DNA from: Candidatus Latescibacterota bacterium
GTDB lineage: Bacteria; Latescibacterota; UBA2968
Direction: 5' to 3'
Length of the DNA: 64,000 bases
NCBI GenBank assembly: GCA_965208125.1
Contig: OZ242320.1
Coordinates: 288,001 to 352,000 of the forward strand
In this document: positions 57,072 to 64,000 of the stretch, one piece after another
Layout: every line of letters begins with the position of its first letter
Position numbering within the stretch: position 1 is the stretch's first letter
Notes under the pieces: model-generated
Told to the model about the DNA's origin: nothing
Databases searched by the model: none
Seen by the model: the letters and a program-made list of their open reading frames with translations, nothing else
Translations under genes and position numbers: made by a program

Positions 57072-58433
57072 ATGACCATAAACTGGCACCACATCGAAAA
57101 AGAAGTAACGAATTTCTTACAGCACCTGATTCGGTGTAACACGACCAATCCCCCGGGCAATGAAATCCTGTGTGCAAATTATATTGCCGATGTATTGAAG
57201 CGCGAGGGCATTGACCCCACGATCACAGAATCAGAACCCGGGCGCGGAAATGTCACGGCGCGCTTAAAAGGTGGAAATGAGCCCGCACTCATGCTATTAG
57301 GACACACCGATGTCGTCGCCGTAGAACCCGATAAATGGTCTCGTGACCCCTTTGGTGGGGAATTGTACAACGGCTATATCTGGGGGCGCGGCGCACTGGA
57401 CATGAAAAACATGGTCGCGGCAGAACTCATGGTCTTCTTACTCTTAAAACGGCAGGGTGTGACCCTGAACCGCGACGTAATCTATGCAGCAACCGCAGAT
57501 GAAGAGGCCGGCAGAGGAAACCACGGCATTGGTTGGCTCATCGACCACCATCCCGAGCAAGTCGATGCAAAACACGTATTGACAGAAGGCGGAGGCGGTG
57601 ATTTTTATGTAAATGGAAAACACTTTTATACGTGCCAAACGGGACAAAAGGGCATTTTTCGCTTTCGACTAAAAGCAAAAGGACGCCCAGGACACGGCTC
57701 CCGTCCACACCGCGATAATGCAGTCGTCAAACTCAGCCGTGCCATTGCTGCTTTGGGACAGGCAAAACTTCCAATGCACCCCTCTAAAACACTGCGCGCA
57801 TTCTTAGAAGGCATTGCAGCGACACAGGACGATGAGACCGCACAACAGTTGCGCCGCGTACTCGATGAGACAGACAGCGAGAACGCATTGCAAAAATTGC
57901 CCCTCGCGCCAGATATGATTGCCTCACTGCGCGCTCTATTGCACAATACGATTTCGCCGACGATTTTGGAAGCGGGCAGTAAAATCAATGTCATACCCGC
58001 CGAAGCAACTGCGAGGATCGATGGCCGGCTCGCGCCCGGTCAGACCGACAAGAGCTTTGAAGCCGAAATCCGATCCTCGATTGGCGACGAGGTTGAGCTT
58101 ATTGTGGACCAGTATAGCCCACCTTTAGAAGCCAGTACAGATTCGCCCCTATATGAAACCATCGTCCAGATAATGGCAGAACGCGATCCAGACGCCACCG
58201 TAATTCCCGCGCTGATGACCGGAGGCACAGACGCCAAGCATATTTGCCCGCGCTGGCCCCATGTACAGGTTTACGGATTTATGCCCCACCGACAAGCGCG
58301 GGAAGAAAAAGAAATGAATCTGATACACGGTCATAACGAACGCATCTCAGTCGAAAATCTCGTCTTTGCAACGCGCATTTTATACGATATTGTAATGCGA
58401 TTTTGCCAATCCTCACCGGGAGATAACGCGTGA
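57072..58433 (+). CDS. M20/M25/M40 metallopeptidase
   Basis: GHTDVV, GRGALDMK, ADEE, GGTD, HGHNERI. Confidence 0.92.
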   Translation: MTINWHHIEKEVTNFLQHLIRCNTTNPPGNEILCANYIADVLKREGIDPTITESEPGRGNVTARLKGGNEPALMLLGHTDVVAVEPDKWSRDPFGGELYNGYIWGRGALDMKNMVAAELMVFLLLKRQGVTLNRDVIYAATADEEAGRGNHGIGWLIDHHPEQVDAKHVLTEGGGGDFYVNGKHFYTCQTGQKGIFRFRLKAKGRPGHGSRPHRDNAVVKLSRAIAALGQAKLPMHPSKTLRAFLEGIAATQDDETAQQLRRVLDETDSENALQKLPLAPDMIASLRALLHNTISPTILEAGSKINVIPAEATARIDGRLAPGQTDKSFEAEIRSSIGDEVELIVDQYSPPLEASTDSPLYETIVQIMAERDPDATVIPALMTGGTDAKHICPRWPHVQVYGFMPHRQAREEKEMNLIHGHNERISVENLVFATRILYDIVMRFCQSSPGDNA

Positions 58434-59398
58434 AAATTCTGGTGACAGATTATGCCTGGGCAAATCTGGACGTAGAAAAAAGTGTCCTGGATGAAATCGG
58501 TGCCGAACTCATTCCCGCACCCGATGGCGAAGAAGAAACACTTGTCCAATTGGCGCAAGGGTGCTGTGGCATCATGACTTGCTGGGCGCAAACAACGCGC
58601 GCGGTTATCGCATCTGCATTGCCCGATTTACAAGTAATCGTGCGATACGGCGTGGGATTGGACAATATCGATGTGGCGTATGCAACAGAACGAGGTATTC
58701 CCGTAGCCAATGTACCCGATTATTGTTTTATCGACGTAGCCGAGCAAACCATGGCCCTGCTATTGGGGCTTTCGCACAAAGTCGCGCAATTTGACCGGCT
58801 AATTCGCAACGGCACCTGGGATATACAGTCTGGCTTGCCCCTGCGGCGTTTAACCGGACAGGTACTCGGCTTGATCGGATTTGGGCAAATCGCGCGCGAG
58901 GTCGTTCCCCGCGCACGGGCTTTTGGGCTGCACGTATTGGCCTACTCGCGGTCTTTGACACCGGAACAAGCGCGCGCCTGTGGCGTCGAATTCGCAGATC
59001 TGGACACCCTGCTTCGCACATCGGATTTCGTATCGCTTCACTGCCCATCTACCGATGAAACGCGAGACCTGATCAATGCCGATAATCTCGCAAAAATGAA
59101 GCCGACAGCGTGTTTGATCAACACATCGCGGGGCGATATTGTCGATGAAGCAGCACTGCTCGGGGCACTGAAAAATAACACCATTGCGGGTGCTGCCCTC
59201 GACGTGCGATGCCAGGAACCGCCTGAAACAGGAGATCGTTTAATCCACACAGATCAGGTAATTCACAGCCCGCATTCGGCTTTTTATTCGGAAGAATCGA
59301 TCATTGAATTGCAAAAAAAAGCCGCCTGGGAAGCGCGGCGAGTCCTGACGGGAAAAGCACCTGTGCATCTGGTCAATTCGGAATACGAGAAACAGTAA
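58430..59398 (+). CDS. D-2-hydroxyacid dehydrogenase (CtBP-like)
   Basis: RYGVGLDNID, NVPDYC, GFGQIA, INTSRG, SPHSAFYS. Confidence 0.92.
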   Translation: MKILVTDYAWANLDVEKSVLDEIGAELIPAPDGEEETLVQLAQGCCGIMTCWAQTTRAVIASALPDLQVIVRYGVGLDNIDVAYATERGIPVANVPDYCFIDVAEQTMALLLGLSHKVAQFDRLIRNGTWDIQSGLPLRRLTGQVLGLIGFGQIAREVVPRARAFGLHVLAYSRSLTPEQARACGVEFADLDTLLRTSDFVSLHCPSTDETRDLINADNLAKMKPTACLINTSRGDIVDEAALLGALKNNTIAGAALDVRCQEPPETGDRLIHTDQVIHSPHSAFYSEESIIELQKKAAWEARRVLTGKAPVHLVNSEYEKQ

Positions 59399-59414
59399 CC
59401 AAAGGAGTATCAGT

Positions 59415-60407
59415 GTGAGCAAACCAAAAGTCGGTATTGTCATTCGGAAATCGCTCAGAGAAAGAATTTTGAGTGATCGAGAATTGGAGACATTGGAAAG
59501 TTTTGCAGAAGTGACCATAAACGATGAAGACCGCGATATCGTAGGTGAAGAAGCGGCTGAATTTCTAAAGGACATGGACGGGGCGATGACGAGTTGGAAC
59601 TCGGGAGATTTGACACCTGCGATTCTGGAAGACGTGCCAACGCTAAAAATTTGGGCTTATGGCGCGGGCACTGTAAAGGGAAAAATCTGCGATGAAGCAT
59701 GGGAAAAAGATATTGTGGTGACAAGTGCCGCACCCGCGATAGCCGATGATGTCGCGGAAATGACCATGGGATTCATGACCATGGGATTGCGCCGGGTATT
59801 TTCCCATTCGCGCGCCATGCGAGAAGGCGAAAAAAAACCGGACAAGACCGAATCCCGCTCTCTATATCGGCGCATAGTCGGCGTCATCAGCGCCAGTCAG
59901 GTCGGGCAGCGCGTAATGCGGTTGTTGCGGCCTTATGAAACGCGCACATTGCTCTACGACCCTTTTGTAACGCCAGAACGCGCACGCGAGGAATTTGGCG
60001 CAGAACTCGCGGATCTGGAGACAATAGCGCGCGAGGCAGAAGTCGTAACCGTTCACGCACCCAAATTGGACGCGACGTATCACCTCTGGAATGAGACGCA
60101 TTTCAAACTCATGCGCGACGACTGCGTATTTATCAACACATCGCGCGGTGCAAATATCGACGAAGCCGCGCTGATCGCAGAATTGCAAAAAGGGCGATTC
60201 TCCGCCTTCTTAGACGTAACCGATCCCGAACCGCCTGCTATGGACAGCCCACTGCGCCGTTTGCCCAACGTGGTCTTAACACCGCATTGTGCCGGGCTGC
60301 AATCCTATCGCATCGGCGCACTGGTAGTCGAAGAATTGCGCCGATTTTTTGCAAACGAAGACCAACTGTTTCAAGTCAAACGAGAAATGCTGGATCGGCT
60401 GGCATAG
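59415..60407 (+). CDS. D-2-hydroxyacid dehydrogenase
   Basis: AGTVK, YDPF, FINTSRG, LDVTDPEP, LTPHCAG. Confidence 0.9.
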   Translation: MSKPKVGIVIRKSLRERILSDRELETLESFAEVTINDEDRDIVGEEAAEFLKDMDGAMTSWNSGDLTPAILEDVPTLKIWAYGAGTVKGKICDEAWEKDIVVTSAAPAIADDVAEMTMGFMTMGLRRVFSHSRAMREGEKKPDKTESRSLYRRIVGVISASQVGQRVMRLLRPYETRTLLYDPFVTPERAREEFGAELADLETIAREAEVVTVHAPKLDATYHLWNETHFKLMRDDCVFINTSRGANIDEAALIAELQKGRFSAFLDVTDPEPPAMDSPLRRLPNVVLTPHCAGLQSYRIGALVVEELRRFFANEDQLFQVKREMLDRLA

Positions 60408-60417
60408 GAAGGATATA

Positions 60418-60906
60418 ATGCAAAAACGCGTAGATTATTTATCGTGGGATGAGTATTTTATGGGTGTGGCCTTGCTATCGGCGCACCGCAGCAAAGACCC
60501 CAATACACAGGTAGGCGCATGTATTATCAATGAAAAAAAGAAAATCGTGGGCATTGGATACAACGGATTGCCCATTGGATGTTCAGACGATGAGTTTCCC
60601 TGGAGCAGAGAAGGCGATTATCTCGATACAAAATATCCCTATATCTGCCATGCAGAATTAAATGCAATTTTGAACAAAATCAGCGCAGACTTGCATGAAT
60701 GCACACTTTACGTCACCTTATTTCCGTGCAATGAATGTGCAAAAGTAATTATTCAGTCGGGCATTCGCGAAGTGATCTATCTGGCGAATAAATATCCAGA
60801 GTCCGATTCTGTAAAAGCCACTTGCCGCATGTTTGACAGTGTGGGTATTCGCTATCGCGTTCTAAAAGAACATCGAGAGCGCGTTGTCCTTGATTTCAGG
60901 GTTTGA
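60418..60906 (+). CDS. dCMP deaminase
   Basis: WDEYFM, RSKDP.TQVGACI, CHAELNA, FPCNECAK. Confidence 0.93.
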   Translation: MQKRVDYLSWDEYFMGVALLSAHRSKDPNTQVGACIINEKKKIVGIGYNGLPIGCSDDEFPWSREGDYLDTKYPYICHAELNAILNKISADLHECTLYVTLFPCNECAKVIIQSGIREVIYLANKYPESDSVKATCRMFDSVGIRYRVLKEHRERVVLDFRV

Positions 60907-60913
60907 GGCAGTC

Positions 60914-61945
60914 ATGGCATCTCCAGTACTTCAAGATAGCATGGGCACTAAGGCATTGCCAGGCGCGACCGATTTGAAACGCGCACTCGTCGATATTTTA
61001 TATCGCAGGCAGTTTGGTGCATTGCTAATTTTTGGCATTGATCCCCTCAATCGGGCACCCGGGGACAATATGGGACAGGTGCTTAAAGTGCTAAATTCCA
61101 TTGTTATTTCCGCCCCCGAAAGCTTTCACATTGCAAAGAACAAAATCGCCGTGCTTTTTGATGCCGATGATGCATGTGTGCATGAAATCCCATCATCTCT
61201 GCCTGCCGTGATTGCCGAGCAAACAGGACACCGCGTATCTTGCGGTGGTATTAAAATCTCGAGCGAAGATTATGGCCTGCATCCCCAAATGTCCGAGATG
61301 ATTTTCTCCACTGCCCAATGCGTACTCGCCCGGGCGCAACAACACACAATCCCGCATGTAGTCTGGTTGACCGAGAAATCCGCAGAGGATATATTATATC
61401 TAACAGATATTTCCCTGAACTTTTTTCGAGAAATTGCGCGTATCAACGCCGCGCGAGTGCAAAGAATGACATTGGAATCGCGCACAGATTTTTTGACTGG
61501 TCTTTACAATCGGCGCGGTTTTGAAGCAGTATTTACACGTATGGTGCGACGCGCAATGCGCAATGGAAAGCCCCTCGCGCTCTACTACATAGATTCCGAT
61601 TCGCTCAAAGCGATTAACGACAGCAAAGGGCACGATGCGGGCGACCGATTTATTGTAGATTTGGCGCAAGTATTGAACGACATGCTGCGCGGATCGGATT
61701 TGTTATCGCGGTGGGCGGGAGATGAATTTGCTGCGGTGGTTGAAAATACGTCGCGAGCGCGTGCTTATGCGATAGCTCGCCGTTTGAACCGGGCCGTTGA
61801 TGAACGCACAGAAGGCACGATATCCATTGGGGTTTATCACGGCGTACCCAAATCAATGGAAGACGCGTTCAGAAAAGCAGATACTGCCCTTTACCGCGTA
61901 AAAAACCGCGGGAAAAATGATATTGAATTAGCCGATCCGGTTTAG
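60914..61945 (+). CDS. GGDEF-domain diguanylate cyclase (AGDEF)
   Basis: TDFLTGLYNRR, INDSKGHDAGD, RGSD I-site, RWAGDEF, ADTALY.VK. Confidence 0.88.
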   Translation: MASPVLQDSMGTKALPGATDLKRALVDILYRRQFGALLIFGIDPLNRAPGDNMGQVLKVLNSIVISAPESFHIAKNKIAVLFDADDACVHEIPSSLPAVIAEQTGHRVSCGGIKISSEDYGLHPQMSEMIFSTAQCVLARAQQHTIPHVVWLTEKSAEDILYLTDISLNFFREIARINAARVQRMTLESRTDFLTGLYNRRGFEAVFTRMVRRAMRNGKPLALYYIDSDSLKAINDSKGHDAGDRFIVDLAQVLNDMLRGSDLLSRWAGDEFAAVVENTSRARAYAIARRLNRAVDERTEGTISIGVYHGVPKSMEDAFRKADTALYRVKNRGKNDIELADPV

Positions 61946-62026
61946 AAACCCGGAATAGGTTTGCGTCGTCGTATTAAAAGCCGACAGGTTGACATTGCAA
62001 TTTTGGGTCATAAGCCCGTACCCATC

Positions 62027-62053
62027 CGTAGGGGCGGGTTTCCTAACCCGCCC
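62027..62053 (+). repeat. GTAG-type REP
   Basis: CGTAGGGGCGGGTTTCCTAACCCGCCC. Confidence 0.75.
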
Positions 62054-62085
62054 ACTCACATTGCGTATTTTTAAGGAGAAGTACG

Positions 62086-62628
62086 ATGCCAAAAAAGAAA
62101 CGCTATGGAATGAATAAATACCAGAAAAGAGCAAAGAAAGTAGGCGAACTTCGGTTGCGGCGGGAAGATATTCCCCATTATCTCGCACTGGCAGAGAGCG
62201 ACGATCCAGCAGACCGACACGAAGCCGCCGCCAACTTGTGTCCGTGCCATGTTCGGCATCCCGTTCCCGAAATACAGACCGCGCTATTCAAGCTCATGGA
62301 AGACCCCGATCCAAACGTGCGCGCCCGCGCCTGGCACACGCTGGAAGATGGTGGAGTACCCGACGACCCGAGAATGGATGAAATTTTTGAACGCACCCGT
62401 CAAAATGAAACCGATAAGACAGTCCTGAACTTTATGCGACAGGTGCAAAACGAAAATTACGCGCACAAAGAACGCACCATGCTCAGAGTCGCAGTTCAAT
62501 CGGAATACGATCAGACTGGCCGATGCGATTTTTGTGGAACAACCGGCAGGGTAAAAACAGATTTTGACACCGAAATACCCGATGGCGGGCAGATGCGCTT
62601 TGCATTGGTATGCGAAGACTGTGGATAA
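62086..62628 (+). CDS. HEAT-repeat protein with CPCH motif and C-terminal CxxC/CxxC
   Basis: LCPCHV, LMEDPDPNVRARA, CDFC...CEDC; AAGGAG SD. Confidence 0.75.
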   Translation: MPKKKRYGMNKYQKRAKKVGELRLRREDIPHYLALAESDDPADRHEAAANLCPCHVRHPVPEIQTALFKLMEDPDPNVRARAWHTLEDGGVPDDPRMDEIFERTRQNETDKTVLNFMRQVQNENYAHKERTMLRVAVQSEYDQTGRCDFCGTTGRVKTDFDTEIPDGGQMRFALVCEDCG

Positions 62629-62655
62629 GATGTGAAATGTGAAAGGGGTTTTTTT

Positions 62656-62910
62656 ATGCTAGAAAGACAACCAGAGATTGAGTATCCGTGTTCATGGAAT
62701 TTTAAGATCATTGGCCGCGAAGAAGAACACATGCGTCGGGCGATTGCCGAAATTGTGGGCGATAGCGATTATACCCTGACCTTTTCAAATCAGAGCAGGC
62801 ATGGGAAGTATCGCAGCTTAAACCTCGATATGGTCGTCCTCGACGAATCCCACCGCCTCAATATCTATGAGGCACTCAGGCATCATCGCAGTATTCAAAT
62901 TGTGCTTTGA
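62656..62910 (+). CDS. YbeD/DUF493 family protein
   Basis: IEYPCSWNFKIIG, S.HGKY.SL. Confidence 0.85.
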   Translation: MLERQPEIEYPCSWNFKIIGREEEHMRRAIAEIVGDSDYTLTFSNQSRHGKYRSLNLDMVVLDESHRLNIYEALRHHRSIQIVL

Positions 62911-62990
62911 ATCCGCCATTCCTTCCTATTTTACCTTGACAATCCACGCCATTTCTTGCACTATTTACGGCTTGCGATCTTGCTTATTAC

Positions 62991-63080
62991 GGCACTATCG
63001 GGGTGTACTTTGGGCAGACTCCAGAATTTTGGATGAACGCTCAGAAAACGTATGAACTATCAGGTGCCGAGGCGAGTTAG
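62991..63080 (+). pseudogene. higA: HigA antitoxin C-terminal remnant
   Basis: GTIGVYFGQTPEFWMNAQKTYELSGAEAS* matches HigA ..YFGTxPEFWxNLQxxYDL; no start codon or HTH. Confidence 0.6.
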
Positions 63081-63186
63081 TCAGTGACCGATTGCCTTGG
63101 GGTATCCAATATCCAAGCGATATTATACTCTTACGATATTTGGTGAATGGTAGTTTGCCCTTAACGCCATCTATAGGGAGAACGAA

Positions 63187-63429
63187 ATGGGCGCATCGAG
63201 AATAACCATAACGCTGGATGAAGGGTTGCTCAAACGCCTTGACCATCTCGTGCAGGCGGTACCTTATTCAAGTCGTAGCCGGGCGATTCAAGAGGCAGTT
63301 GAGGACAAGCTCAGACAGGCGAACAGGGATGACTTTGAAAGGGAACTCGTCAAGTTAGATCCGCAATTTGAGCAGGAGATGGCCGATGAAGGGTTATGCG
63401 AGGATGTGCGGGAATGGCCCGAATACTGA
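63187..63429 (+). CDS. CopG/RHH antitoxin (MazE-type)
   Basis: RITITLDE.LL..LD.LV....SRSRAIQEAV, LDP..EQ.MADEG, WPEY. Confidence 0.85.
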   Translation: MGASRITITLDEGLLKRLDHLVQAVPYSSRSRAIQEAVEDKLRQANRDDFERELVKLDPQFEQEMADEGLCEDVREWPEY

Positions 63430-63494
63430 GAGGCGATATTGTTTGGCTCGATCGTATAGTTGACGGCCTTAACCAATTAATCACGGCGCAATGA
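63414..63494 (+). pseudogene. mazF: MazF/PemK toxin with in-frame internal deletion
   Basis: MARILRGDIVW|LDRIVDGLNQLITAQ* (26 aa): MazF N- and C-termini joined; overlaps the antitoxin stop. Confidence 0.7.
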
Positions 63495-63524
63495 TGAAAA
63501 AGTCCCCGTCTTTTAGGGTTTCCT

Positions 63525-63788
63525 ATGTACAATTTTAACTTTAGTGTGCAGAATATTGAAGATGGTCAGGGCCTGGGCATCGCGCTGACCGGAATGATCA
63601 TTGTATTCAGCGTTTTGACATTGATCAGCGTATTTATTGTATTATTGCCCAAAATATTGGCTGTTGTTGCAAAAAAATTTCCCGAATCTGCGGGCCATCA
63701 TGGTGTACCCGTACAGGCTGAAGACGATAGCACTGCACTGGCCGCAATCGGTTATGTCATGCACATGAGGCGCACGGGTAAAACCTGA
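63525..63788 (+). CDS. oadG: Na+-translocating decarboxylase gamma subunit (OadG family)
   Basis: IALTGMIIVFSVLTLI single TM, ALAAI; adjacent to the beta subunit. Confidence 0.8.
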   Translation: MYNFNFSVQNIEDGQGLGIALTGMIIVFSVLTLISVFIVLLPKILAVVAKKFPESAGHHGVPVQAEDDSTALAAIGYVMHMRRTGKT

Positions 63789-63820
63789 CGCGACTGATCA
63801 CAAGATTTTTCAGGTAACGA

Positions 63821-64000
63821 ATGGATATATTTTACGACTTTTTACATACAACTGGATTTGCCAACTTGAGTTGGGGCAATGTCATTATGATCGCAATCGG
63901 CATTGTGTTTATCCACCTGGCGATCACCAGAGATTACGAACCCCTGTTGTTGCTGCCAATTGGTTTTGGCATGATCGTGGGAAACATCCCCGCTATTCCG
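63821..64000 (+). CDS. oadB: Na+-translocating decarboxylase beta subunit (partial; not in ORF track)
   Basis: MDIFYDFLHTTGF...GNVIMIAIG...LAI..DYEPLLLLPIGFGMIVGNIP. Confidence 0.9.
   Translation, partial: MDIFYDFLHTTGFANLSWGNVIMIAIGIVFIHLAITRDYEPLLLLPIGFGMIVGNIPAIP

Overview
Bacterial chromosomal window with about 55 protein genes and no rRNA, tRNA or CRISPR that I can see. It is dominated by catabolic and uncharacterised enzymes: 7 Cys-type (CxPxR) sulfatases, 3 PhyH-type Fe/2OG dioxygenases, an arylsulfotransferase-like protein, two DUF6785/DUF6784-type multi-TM proteins, amidohydrolases, heparinase II/III-like and PL1 lyases, and dockerin/EF-hand-tailed lipoproteins. This content resembles sponge-associated Latescibacterota/Poribacteria-like genomes (inference only). 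Highlights missed by the ORF track: (1) an ArsC-family selenoprotein (17488-17838) with in-frame UGA at the Cys12 position, a bacterial SECIS-like hairpin and atypical active-site residues; (2) a tightly coupled DUF5990 / alpha-beta hydrolase / MOSC::alkyltransferase-like fusion operon (13322-15255); (3) an AT-rich island (about 22008-30050) with two paralogous compact subtilase-like dockerin lipoproteins, an M23 lipoprotein, an AAA-PD-(D/E)XK protein, and integrase and toxin-antitoxin (TA) debris; (4) a PhyH protein with HxG instead of HxD (halogenase-like); (5) a repeated heptamer-armed intergenic element and GTAG REPs; (6) several decayed TA modules, including a mazF with a clean in-frame internal deletion. 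All family calls come from motif recognition by eye; no database searches were run.
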